A DNA stretch of 63,918 nucleotides, counting the filler, from Octopus bimaculoides (taxonomy: Eukaryota): the NCBI RefSeq assembly GCF_001194135.2. It is 6 parts of 5 records of this genome, joined end to end, with 100 filler letters (N's around TTAATTAATTAA, not from the genome) between each part and the next. Parts side by side here need not be neighbours in the genome. Positions count along the whole stretch, not along the records: positions 42,787 to 57,418 come from NC_069007.1; 5 more parts are not named here. One strand, 5' to 3'. Made by a program: the position numbers and the translations under genes. The notes beneath the pieces are model-generated. The model made no database searches and was not told the DNA's origin. It saw only the letters and a program-made list of their open reading frames with translations. Shown piece after piece: positions 42,787 through 55,035 of this stretch; the first letter of the stretch is position 1; every line of letters starts with the position of its first letter.

Positions 42787-43439
42787 AAAGGGAATTTTAT
42801 TAATTGTAGTTTTAGACGAAATCCAAACTCTAAAGCATTTTTTTTTTGTAGTTATGAAATCAATATTGACTCGTGAAACTGCTGTAAAAATAACTAAGAA
42901 CCTTACTATTGTGAATGCATTCTAATTCTGGCACAACACCAGCAATTTAAAAGGGTGGATTAAGTCGTGTTCATTATTCCCAGTGATTAACTGCTACGTA
43001 TTTTATCGATTCCGAATGGATGAATGATAAAGTCGATTTGAACTTAGAACGCAAAACGAGAAGAAATGCGGCTAAGCCTTTTCTACTTCGCAGCAACGAT
43101 TCTTCAAGCTCATCGCTGGCTTTATAAATAGAATGAAAATATGTTGGTGCGAACATTAAAAACATTTCACGATAAAACAATTACGTCACCAAGCAGCATT
43201 TTTAAATGCGAAACGGTGGCTGTCATTTTATTTCTATATCAAGGAGGACACCAAGTGTCACAGAAGACTCAACTCCGACCGCCACCATACTACTTCGCAG
43301 CAAGGTTATACTACGAGGTAATATGATGAAAGCCTACATCTCACTGACAGCCGATCCGCATCAGACTGTTGGCGACAACAGCAGCAGTCATGATAATGAG
43401 TATATTACACGCTGAGAAAGGGAAGAATAGAAATACTTG

Positions 43440-45990
43440 AAACAAAATCTGAATGAACACGTCACCAGAAAAGATTATTTCGGTTTTAAAATCCCAGGTC
43501 AAGCCATACTGGAGTAGCAAATATAAGAGATCCACTTAGTCGGTGTTGACAGTTATTAAAGAGTCGGGGAAGAATGTTAAAAATGGAGTACTGTATTTCC
43601 CTTTTGGCAAATAACCACCTGCTTATATGCATTCGCCACAACGGATAATCAGTGTCTTCAAGATACTAAAGAAATAATCAAACGTAATACAACAAAACAA
43701 CGCCTTCAGAGATTTGTAAAAAGGGGAAATGAATATGGCGATTCTTATCACAAGCAGACGAAGAAATATTACACTTCTCACCAACAAAATGTTAAAAATA
43801 GGGACAAACTTTGTAGATGATAAAGAGAAAACTTTAGCATTAATTGATCATCCTCAAATAGGAGTTAAAAGCTGATTGTACTGTCTTTGATAGGGTGAAA
43901 TATCACAGGAGTGCATTTAAAAAAAGTCAATTTCTCTGTACGCAAAAACACCAACCTGAAACATTGTTTTTATTTTGGGACGACTAAAAAATATATCGCA
44001 AAATGGTAAGGAGAAGAACCTGGATATGATTACGATATTCTTCGAGGATACAGAGAAGGAATTTATTCAAGGTAAAGGCTCCTACTTGACTAGAAAACGA
44101 GAGAAAACTACACACAGGTCTAGCAACCTTAGTAAGAACGATGAAGACTGTTACACGTACCTAGGAATGGCTGAAAGAAAAACCGTCTGATGATGTTCCT
44201 TGTAACATGATACATGTAACCAGGCAATAGCTCACTCAAATTAAATATATGGTGCTCAGAGCCCTCGGCCTACAATAAACCAGTGGCCCATGATGTGTTT
44301 GGTATGCCAGAATTCCTACCAATATTTCGGTTACTCTAAAGCGGCGAGCTGGTGGAATCTTTAGCACACCGGGCAAAATGCTAAGCGGTATTTCGTCCGT
44401 CTTTACGTTGAGTTCAAATGCCGCCGAGGTTGACTCTGCCGTTCATCCTTTAGAGGTCGATAAAATAAGTACTAGTTGATGTACTAGGGTTGATGTAATC
44501 GACTCACCCCTCCACCGAAATTGCTAGCCTTGTGCCAAAATTTGAAACCGATATTTCAGTTTCTCTGTCAGACTCTCGATGAGGTCATTGATGTTAAAAC
44601 TCGAAACCTATTCATCTCCACCTGAGATGTCCGTATCTGCTATGACATTGACCACCTTCACCGAAAGAAAAAAGTATCAGACGAAAGACTTTCTAAAGGC
44701 TAGACAGCTAGCCTAGACAGCTACTTCGAAACCCAAGGCTTCTCTCTTCTATAAGGTCTCATTTATACCAGTAAATATTGACTCGTGAAACTGCTGTAAA
44801 AATAACTAAGAACCTTACTATTGTGAATGCATTCTAATTCTGGCACAACACCAGCAATTTAAAAGGGTGGATTAAGTCGTGTTCATTATTCCCAGTGATT
44901 AACTGCTACGTATTTTATCGATTCCGAATGGATGAATGGTAAAGTCGATTTGAATATATGTTCGTAAATGTCGGTGACAATTTGGAAACGGTAGCTTTTC
45001 AAAAAAAGAAACCAACCAGCTAAAACACTCATTATAAATACAATCTATAAGGGGAATAGTGAAAATATGCAAGACTTTTCTCAAGTTCAAATTATGGATT
45101 AGTTTTTGTTAACATTCCAACGATGGAACTTTGTATCTTTGTCAGAAACCAGCTCCTTCTTTACAGGAAGACTTCAAATAATTAAAAATAGGAGAGACCA
45201 GCTACCACGCATTTTGAAAATCCAATTTGTAATCGAAACAATAATAAATTTGGCAGAAAACGTTTAGAGAGATAGTAGCTTGTATAACCGAAGTAGGTCT
45301 ATCTTGGACAAGCTCTCGTCTTGAAGGCCATACTTTTGCAATCCAGAAACAAGAAGCAATGAAATACCTGGTAAGAATGCAGGTAAAAATCACCCAAATG
45401 TGACAACCGATGCAGACTGTGGAAGTAACACGAATGATGTAGCCCAGAAAATAAACAGCTGTTCGAAAAATTTTGTCATGATAATAACTAACAACTTATG
45501 AGGCCTGGCGTGGTGGTCGAGACACTATTTAATGTAAACCGTAGAAAGGACAGTCTTGAATATCACAACAGAAGAAGTTACAGTGACATAGAGCACATAC
45601 TCACCCATAATATGAAAGAATACCGGCCAATGGTTCGTGTGAAAACCTCTGTAATTGTAGGCACAATAGACCAGACATAATGATCTGAGGCAGAGAAAAG
45701 AAAATGTACACAGTAGTAGATATAAGTTGTCCAGCAGACGTCAATATAATGTTAAAGATTAAAGAAACAGAAAACACCTAGGGCTCGAAGTTTTGCTGTG
45801 GAAAATTGGTAGATATTTCATCCGGGTTACTGTTTTAGTTTTATACTTGTAATTATTGGGGGCCACTTCGTTACGGAATCCACTGCCTCGCCGCCAAGGT
45901 TGAGAAGCCGGGTTTCATAAAACCCAAAAGAAGACGACTAATTAGGAAAATTTCAATTACCAGCCGTTAATAGAACTGAATATATGTAAA
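43440..45990 (+). mobile_element. R4/Dong-like (RLE-type) non-LTR retrotransposon remnant
   Basis: RT-like ITIFFEDTEKEFIQGKGSYL...DCYTYLGMAE and SAYNKPVAHDVFGMP; then SRLEGHTFAIQKQE, a decayed CCHC (CDNRCRL..), and the RLE motif HNRPDIMI*GREKKMYTVVDISCPADVNIMLKIKE (PD..D..K). Heavily degraded. Confidence 0.75.
44340..44550 (+). mobile_element. SINE family B copy inserted in an R4-like remnant
   Basis: Family B sequence flanked by an imperfect direct repeat (caatatttcggttactct / cgatatttcagtttctct). Confidence 0.8.
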
Positions 45991-46139
45991 AGTATCTAGA
46001 TTGAATTCAAGGATGAATTCATGTACGTATATAGATACACACATATTCATAATTAACAAAGAAGAGGGAAGAAATGTTTATTCCATCCAGCAAGAGACTG
46101 ATTTTTTCTGAGGTCTGATTTTTTCAATCTCTATTCATG

Positions 46140-46204
<65 letters not shown>

Positions 46205-46314
46205 TGTATTATGTATATATATACATATAGTGTAAACAGAGCCTGAGAGATTTCTTTAAGATAATATGGCGTATTTTATAAATATACTTTCTCAAGTATC
46301 ATAATAGCATGAAA

Positions 46315-46595
46315 CTGTTAGTTGCTCTGCAGATGTACACCTTTCTTCCAAAATCAACAAAAGGGAGAAGCTTTCCGGACAACTGCTTCAAAACCTGTAT
46401 CACCTCTACTCTGATTATAAATTCCCATTTATACCAGTAATTATTCGTGCATTTGATTGTGTTAGTAGATGTCAAAAAGTGACAATGTGGAGAAGTTAGG
46501 ATTTTCAGGCAAAGAAAGAGACTGGCTAACACAAACTTTATAGATATATTCTGTAAGTGGAACAATAAAAATATACAAGGCTGTCTTAATGTTTG
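46315..46595 (+). mobile_element. Second R4-like RLE C-terminal fragment
   Basis: CSADVHLSSKINKREKLSGQLLQNLYHLYSDYKFPFIPVIIRAF...VEKLGFSGKE...SVSGTIKIYKAVLMF parallels the C-terminus at 45700-45990. Confidence 0.7.
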
Positions 46596-47080
46596 ATAAT
46601 ATAGCAATTATCATCAGTTATCATATATTGTTGTGATGGAGCTCCTCCCTTCTAGGAAGAATACTAAAAAATAAATAAATAGATAGATAAATAAATAGAT
46701 AAATAAATAAGGTGCAAGCATATATCTACAAATATACACATATGCATACATACATGTATAAACACATACACGCACACATGCATACACACACAAGAGTTTC
46801 TCAAAGTACTACATTTATCAAACAATTATTATTGTTATCCAAATTTCAGTAATGGAAAGGTTCTATTTTTTTTTTGTTAGAATCCCAACCTGAAATTACA
46901 TTAGAAATAATCCTTAAAAATATATTTGATTCTTTTCTAGGACTAATGCAATGATAACCAGAATAACATTGAGGTACAGGTTGGTGTGTGTCTTCCCTAG
47001 ATACTTTGGTAAAAAGGTAAACGTAACAAGATTGTACAAGGACATCTAAGCTAAGAACGGATTGGACAAGAAGTTAATTT

Positions 47081-47737
47081 AAACACAGCTCAAAGCTATT
47101 GCCTGGCCGCTGTAAATGGTCTCATGTTACACAAACACACAGCTCAAAGCTATTGCCTGGCCGCTGTAAATGGTCTCATGTTACACAAACACACAGCTCA
47201 AAGCTATTGCCTGGCCGCTGTAAATGGTCTCATGTTACNNNNNNNNNNNNNNNNNNNNNNNNNNNNNNNNNNNNNNNNNNNNNNNNNNNNNNNNNNNNNN
47301 NNNNNNNNNNNNNNNNNNNNNNNNNNNNNNNNNNNNNNNNNNNNNNNNNNNNNNNNNNNNNNNNNNNNNNNNNNNNNNNNNNNNNNNNNNNNNNNNNNNN
47401 NNNNNNNNNNNNNNNNNNNNNNNNNNNNNNNNNNNNNNNNNNNNNNNNNNNNNNNNNNNNNNNNNNNNNNNNNNNNNNNNNNNNNNNNNNNNNNNNNNNN
47501 NNNNNNNNNNNNNNNNNNNNNNNNNNNNNNNNNNNNNNNNNNNNNNNNNNNNNNNNNNNNNNNTGTTACACAAACACACAGCTCAAAGCTATTGCCTGGC
47601 CGCTGTAAATGCTCTCATGTTACACAAACACACAGCTCAAAGCTATTGCCTGGCCGCTGTAAATGCTCTCATGTTACACAAACACACAGCTCAAAGCTAT
47701 TGCCTGGCCGCTGTAAATGCTCTCATGTTACACAAAC
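47081..47737. repeat. 54-bp minisatellite (VNTR), interrupted by an N gap
   Basis: Unit acacagctcaaagctattgcctggccgctgtaaatg[g/c]tctcatgttacacaaac. About 3 copies lie on each side of a 325-N gap. Confidence 0.95.
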
Positions 47738-48436
47738 AATCAATGTATATACACAGCTAACAAATGTGTACTGGCTTAACTTGCACTAAACAACAAATAA
47801 CGGATCACCAAAAGCAGATATTTAATAACGCTGACTCCATTACGATAGGGGGTAACAGAGGACGTTGACTGACGAAGTCAGAAATCGAGGCTATACACAG
47901 TAGGTGATATGTGGTGATGTAATAAACAGGAAAAGTGATGGTAATCCTATTAACAACGGTAGTAATATTAATAACAGCGATAGTAATAAATATGTTATGA
48001 GTAGATCTTTCCAATTCACCCCAGCGTATCTCTTTCGTGAGAGCAAATCTGGTCTCTGCCGTTGCTGGAATTCGGTAACATTCCATAACAGCTGAACAAG
48101 CAGAAGCTGACAATAGATATATCGTCAGCTTGCTGAAACGTTTACAATGGGCCGGAATAGCTATTTTGAAATATAGACATCTCGTTAAGGGACCGTATTT
48201 TTAATCTCAACAGGGATTAATGGATGCTATGAGAAATGTGCAAAGGGAAATAATAAATAGAAATATTACTTAAAACAATAGACTAATATGCTAACAACAA
48301 CCGACAAAGGGAGATTAAATAAACAGTAAATAATGACAAAGCACAAAAGCTGCCGATACAGAATAAACAACTAGAAGAGCAAATTAAAGTACAGGATAAT
48401 TAATCCTCATTAGCAAAGTAAATAAAGTAGCCAGAT

Positions 48437-48825
48437 GTTGGCACTCCGTCGTTTACGACGTCGAGGGTTCCAGTTGATCCGATCAACGGAACAGCCTGCT
48501 CGTGAAATTAACGTGCAAGTGGCTGAGCACTCCACAGACACGTGTACCCTTAACGTAGTTCTCGGGGATATTCAGCGTGACATAGAGTGTGACAAGGCTG
48601 ACCCTTTGAATTACAGGCACAACAGAAACAGGAAGAAAGAGTGAGAGAAAGTTGTGGTGAAAGAGTGCAGCAGGGTTCGCCACCATCCCCTGCCGGAGCC
48701 TAGTGGAGCTTTAGGTGTTTTCGCTCAATAAACACTCACAACGCCCGGTCTGGGAATCGAAACCACGATCCTATGACCGCGAGTCCGCTGCCCTAACCAC
48801 TGGGCCATTGCGCCTCCACTCAAAA
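48437..48825 (-). mobile_element. tRNA-derived SINE (family M), full-length
   Basis: Near-identical reverse complement of 58654-59031, with TSD TAGCCAGAT at 48428-48436 and 48826-48834. Confidence 0.9.
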
Positions 48826-49879
48826 TAGCCAGATAACAATAATATAACAATTCTAGGAAAAGACTGGATTTATCCTAGTACCCTAGTCTGGTACGTATTC
48901 TATCAGTGTCTGTTGTCCGAACCGCTAGGTTACGGGAACGCAAACAAACCAACACTTGTCGTCAAACGGTGGTGGGGGACAAATACAATGGCACACATAA
49001 TGTATACGAATAAATAAATATGTGTGCGTAAGTGTGTATACACACACACACACACACACATATATGGATGTGTGTGTGTGTATACATACACAGTAGGCTT
49101 CTTTCAATTTCCGTCAACCACATCCCTTTACAGGGTTTTCGCCGGCCCTTGACTATAGTAAGAAGACACTTTGCAAAGTGTACAGGCAGTGGGATTGAAA
49201 CTGGAACCGTGTGCTCGGGAAGCAAACTTCTTACCACAGAGCTACACCTCCGCCAATGCCACGATTCCGACCACAAGAAATACACGACAGCTCATAGATA
49301 TAAAATGCTATTTTATTTGGAGCTTCGAACTGAGGTTAATCCATTCGGAATTAGTGGAGGATTAAATGGATCTTCATCCATTTATCAGATTATCAAAGTG
49401 CTATTCTGTGTATCATAAAAACTATATCGATTTTGTTGACTCCTGAAATGAATAGTTTTCGTCACGTTTTCATGATTCACGAATTGTTGATGAAATGGGG
49501 AAAAGATATGCGATGACAGCAGGTTGGTTGGTTGTGGGGGGGGGGGTCCGTAAAGCNNNNNNNNNNNNNNNNNNNNNNNNNNNNNNNNNNNNNNNNNNNN
49601 NNNNNNNNNNNNNNNNNNNNNNNNNNNNNNNNNNNNNNNNNNNNNNNNNNNNNNNNNNNNNNNNNNNNNNNNNNNNNNNNNNNNNNNNNNNNNNNNNNNN
49701 NNNNNNNNNNNNNNNNNNNNNNAGCCAGCATGACAACCACAACAATTTGAAGTTATCTTTTTCGTTTCATTTTCTTTTTCTTTTACTTGTTTCAGTCATT
49801 GGATTACGGCCATGTTGAAGCACTGCTTTGAAGGATTCTACTCGAACAAATCGATCCAACCACTTTTAAATAATAATAA

Positions 49880-50433
49880 TAAATGCCTTGATGCAACACC
49901 AGGCAATGGCTTTCATGGCTTCCGATCTTAACTGATCAGAAGTGTTATCATGTACATTGTTTTGTCTTGGTATAAAAAGATGGACTACAGCAAATATTCT
50001 GCTCAATACTATAGATTTATTTGTCAGTTGTTTGACCTTAACCAGTTGAGCATGTTCCTTAGTGGCTGACGATATGTGCATCTCTGATCACGAGCAGAAG
50101 TAGTGGAGGAGCATCATAGCCATGTGTTGAGAGGAATTCTTTGGAGTTTGGATAATTCACTTTTGGAAACATAGGTGTTTCATTCATCATCTTTAAACAA
50201 CCGTTATTCAGGGACCTTTTGAGCGGGATGGGCTACTTGACCTGAAGAAAATTCTGAGCCCCACCTGCAAGATCATGCACTGTTTATCTTGATATAAGGT
50301 CACCATGTTGTACATATGGTTGTGATGTATGTGCCTGGTGTACCCTTATCAAACGGGTAGTTATGATAGGTATATTGGGCTTCGTATATTTGTACCCCAG
50401 TGTCATTTGATGGGATGCACTGCTCCCTCACTC

Positions 50434-50491
<58 letters not shown>
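49880..50491 (+). mobile_element. Unclassified retroposon 3' end (family F) with a (TAA)n tail
   Basis: About 550 bp recur as a reverse complement at about 18730-19160. Both copies end ...ctcactcaataataat. Confidence 0.7.
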
Positions 50492-50494
<3 letters not shown>

Positions 50495-50973
50495 GGTAAG
50501 CTGCTGGCTTGTAATAAGGCAGACGCATATCGTTTTTTCCTTCCCAAAGCTCAAGGAGGTCGAGGCTTGATCCAATTCGAAACCTCTAACAAGACCAAAA
50601 CAGTTGGACTCGCAAAATATATTGAAACACCTAACGACTGAATGTTAAAGCTCGTTGAAAACCACGAGAGACGTAAGAAGCTTCATTTTGTTACGAAGGA
50701 GAGCAAAAAATTTGCTAGTGAGTTCATGCATAGTACCCAGGTTGAACAGCATGATCGAAGTGCGGCAAATGTAGCTGCAAAGAGGGTGAAATCAATAGCA
50801 AAGGAAAATGCGTTTGAACAATTGGCTGATAGGTGGGAACAAAAATCGTCTACTAAATATGCGACCTGTAGCAAACAAGCTGATGTAGACCAGAAGTACA
50901 CCCATCAGTAGCTACGGAGCTTAGGGCTAAAAGTAGAGACCGAAGGCTTTACCTTGGCTGCTCAAGATCAGAG

Positions 50974-50975
<2 letters not shown>
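50492..50975 (+). mobile_element. R4/Dong-like fragment (post-RT domain) following a (TAA)n tract
   Basis: ...FEQLADRWEQKSSTKYATCSKQADVDQKYTHQ*LRSLGLKVETEGFTLAAQDQSL matches the R4-clade WL...LK.ETEG...AAQDQ motif. Confidence 0.8.
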
Positions 50976-51013
<38 letters not shown>

Positions 51014-52207
51014 GCAAGCTTGAAATGCCGATACCTTAAAANNNNNNNNNNNNNNNNNNNNNNNNNNNNNNNNNNNNNNNNNNNNNNNNNNNNNNNNNNN
51101 NNNNNNNNNNNNNNNNNNNNNNNNNNNNNNNNNNNNNNNNNNNNNNNNNNNNNNNNNNNNNNNNNNNNNNNNNNNNNNNNNNNNNNNNNNNNNNNNNNNN
51201 NNNNNNNNNNNNNNNNNNNNNNNNNNNNNNNNNNNNNNNNNNNNNNNNNNNNNNNNNNNNNNNNNNNNNNNNNNNNNNNNNNNNNNNNNNNNNNNNNNNN
51301 NNNNNNNNNNNNNNNNNNNNNNNNNNNNNNNNNNNNNNNNNNNNNNNNNNNNNNNNNNNNNNNNNNNNNNNNNNNNNNNNNNNNNNNNNNNNNNNNNNNN
51401 NNNNNNNNNNNNNNNNNNNNNNNNNNNNNNNNNNNNNNNNNNNNNNNNNNNNNNNNNNNNNNNNNNNNNNNNNNNNNNNNNNNNNNNNNNNNNNNNNNNN
51501 NNNNNNNNNNNNNNNNNNNNNNNNNNNNNNNNNNNNNNNNNNNNNNNNNNNNNNNNNNNNNNNNNNNNNNNNNNNNNNNNNNNNNNNNNNNNNNNNNATA
51601 TATATATATATATAAGGAAGCAGTCAGAACTTTGGATAATAAACAATTATCGAAAATTCTGACTGCCTCCTTCGTCTTAACATGCAATATTTGTACATCA
51701 CTTCAAACACTCTATATATACATACGTACATACATATATGTGTATACTCACACACACACAAACACACACACACAAACACACACACACAAACACACATATA
51801 TATGTATATATATTTATATAAATGGGGATAAGATCAATATATAAAATATCGATTTTATCAAGTGGCCAGCATGGGAATAAAAACCATCAAAGGTAACAAT
51901 TATTTAAAATTATCTAAATTATCTAAAAACCCTAAATTATAATTGTATATATACTTATATATACATATATATATATATATGTATTCGTTTTTTCACTGCT
52001 GAAATCGAAGTAGATAAAGCTACAAATGATGGCATGTAAGTATTGGTTAAAAAAAAAAACCCCCACTTTGGATAGTAAAATATCGTAAGCTGTTCGTGGG
52101 ACTTGAACTCACGAATCATTTCATGTATCTCGAAGTTTCTAAATTCCCATGACTTAAACATTATGTGTGCGCGTGTGCGCGTGGCGTGTTTGCGCGTGTG
52201 TTTATGG

Positions 52208-52216
52208 ATGATGATA

Positions 52217-52288
<72 letters not shown>

Positions 52289-52308
52289 TAATAATAATAA
52301 TAATGATG

Positions 52309-52366
<58 letters not shown>

Positions 52367-52380
52367 TAATGATGATGATG

Positions 52381-52444
<64 letters not shown>

Positions 52445-52470
52445 TAATCAACCACAACAACAACAACAGG
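52208..52470. repeat. Long (ATA)n tract with ATG/ACA variants
   Basis: About 250 bp of trinucleotide repeat. Confidence 0.95.
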
Positions 52471-54497
52471 TTTTATGTTCACGTACGAAATAAACAAAAT
52501 TGTTGAACTTTGTTTTTTCATTGGTTGATATTGTTTACAAGTATGATAGAAGAGGACGAGACGGCATTTATCCGTCAAATATTTAACGTGTAAGTTAAAT
52601 ATCATATTACGGGAGAAATGCATTTATCTCGTTATTTTACACCTGATTCGTGACACAAACATCAAGTAGATGAAAAAGAAAATGAAATAAGAAAGAAAAG
52701 AAAAACGCGAAAGCCGGTGTTGTCGAATAGGTAGTGTGACAGCAGATTTCAAAATTGTTAAGATCCTGTTAAGCTTGTTAAGGTTTTGATACAATTGTAA
52801 ATTGTCTGTTGCGAACTTAAATTGAATCAAATAACAATCTAAAAAGAAAGAGAGAAAAAAAAACTGTTCTGACGTAACTTAATTCCTGAAAAATCTGGTC
52901 CATGTTCAACCTGCCTCGAAGAATAGTTGAAATAACAAAACGACTGTACATGTAACGTAACATGCATTTGTGGAAAGAATTATGTAACAAAGACAAGATT
53001 ATATCAATAGAAGTGAAGTGAGAAGAGAGAAAATGATGTGATAAAACAGAAAAAAAGGTTAAGAATAGCAGTACATATTTTAGAGATAAAGTAGGGCGAA
53101 ATACCTGCGTGGGGACCAGAAACTAAAACAGCAAAAGCAGAAAAGATATGTGGAGAGAAAAGCAGAGAGAAGACCTCAAAGTAGGGACTGAAAAAAGGGG
53201 AAAAAAATTAACAACTGTTGAAAGGCAGTATATGTTATAGAGATAAAAAAAATAGGATAAAGGGCCTAGAAAGGGGGTTGAAAAGTAGAACATGTATAAA
53301 AAGAATATGGGACAGAATTCTAGAGTGGAGACTAAAGAAAAAGTAGTAAAGAGGCCGCTGTATGTTATATATTATATTATTGAGAGAAAGTAGGGCGAAA
53401 ACCATGAAAGAGAATTGGAAAGAAAGTGCAAAGCGACAGCAGATATATTGGAGTGAAGGTGAGAGGTTAATTCGTTGAATGAGGTGATAATATATACGAG
53501 GTCTGAAAAAAACGTTACCAGACAATTGTCTGGAGCTGCCAAGAAAGCAGGAACTACATTTGGCTCGGGGTGGGGTGGGGGCGAGTGATGCAGCAAAAAG
53601 GAGCATTGAGTATAGTAGAAACATTTGGCGCAGTGTTGTGACCCCCCAAAAATTTTATACCAGTAAAATACGTGGTACCAATCTATGCTGTGTCAGACAA
53701 TTTCATCACTCAAATCGTAAATGACCTGATCTCTTCATACAATACCACTGTCCCAAACTTTTTGATACATCGTAACAGACAGTTCCATGAAGAAATTTAC
53801 CAAGCGCAGGTGTGGTCGGGTGGTACGAGGTTTGTTTCCCAACATCAGCGTTCTAGGTTCAGTCCCACTGCGTGGTACCTTAGGCCAAATGTCTTCTATT
53901 TCTTTTTTTTCTTGCGACATGGACGCCGCTAACAGGTTGTCCTTTTGGTTCATCTACTCCGTGGTTGTTGTTTTTGTTGTTGTTTAACCGCAGGCTGGCC
54001 CTGATAGATTAAGTATACCTTGGGCCCTCAACACCGGTTGAAGTCGTAGGAGCGCCGCCGCGACATACAGAGTGTCTTGGGGATTTCCAGACATCCCACT
54101 CCAGGACTGGCTTCAGCCAATCTCTCCCAGAAACAGAGACACATGAAAGAGAAGTTAGAAGTATCGACTCCAGTACATGACTGGTATTTTATTCTTTATC
54201 GATTCTGAAAAGTTAAAAAAAAAACATTGGTGATCTTGGCGGGATTTGAACGCTGAGTGGCGAGAGATGGAACGAACAACAATCTATCCGGCGCTCTAGT
54301 AACTCGCTTTGATTTAAATCATTAAATTTCTGATGAAAGGTATTCCAGATATGACCACCTCGACTTTGTATTTTTTAAAACCATCGTAGACATAGCCAGA
54401 TTTTCTAATATTGCAGCTCGTTTATTCGTTATTAGCGACAGATGTGGTATTGGTCCAAAATAGCATTCTGTGTTTCATACTTAACGTGGACATGCTG

Positions 54498-55035
54498 TCC
54501 TTCCTTCCTTCCTTCCTTCCTCAACCTTTAACCGTGCGATTCGTTGATGTCATCGCAACCAGATTTCACCATTTCTCTCGGTCTTGTGTTGGCCTCTGTG
54601 AGTCGGATAAATTAAAGTCTGTCCACTTCTTCGACGTTGACCCAAGTGACGAACGATCCTATGCGGTTCTGGTCAGCTTGTCCATTGTCATGAATGTATA
54701 ATGGGCAACTTAGCTTGGTGGCGCCCATTCCACTCCAAGCAGTTAACCGCCACGACCGTATGCCTCTATCTGAAACACACCTTGTCCCCGAATATTAGGT
54801 CATTGATCCGAGCAGGTTCCTCCATCCTAGCTACTGTCCCCTCGGGAAACCTTACTCGGAGTCTTTCGCCAACCGGTGCACTGTTAACACCCTTCCCTTC
54901 GCTCAGTTTAGCCCACCAGCTGAAGTGAGGTATCGAGATGTCGAGCTAGGTGCCATCAAGTGAGAGATTAGTTGAACGAGGACCAGTGATGCCTGCCCAT
55001 CTCAACACCTGTCAGGTGTCAAAGGTACTAACTTT
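54498..55035 (-). mobile_element. Possible bipartite (internally deleted) RTE-like element with a (GGAA)n tail
   Basis: Minus strand: a GC-rich non-coding segment, then ...KKWTDFNLSDSQRPTQDREKW*NLVAMTSTNRTVKG* (LINE RT C-terminus-like), then (GGAA)n. Confidence 0.45.

Noticed and set aside
47081-47737. CRISPR-like array or Cys-rich repeat protein
   Set aside because: The units are directly adjacent with no unique spacers, and the context is eukaryotic with no coding evidence.
53495-53757. Possible mariner-type MITE ends (tacgaggtctgaaaaaaacg / reverse tacgatgtatcaaaaagtt)
   Set aside because: The inverted-repeat match is too weak to support by eye.
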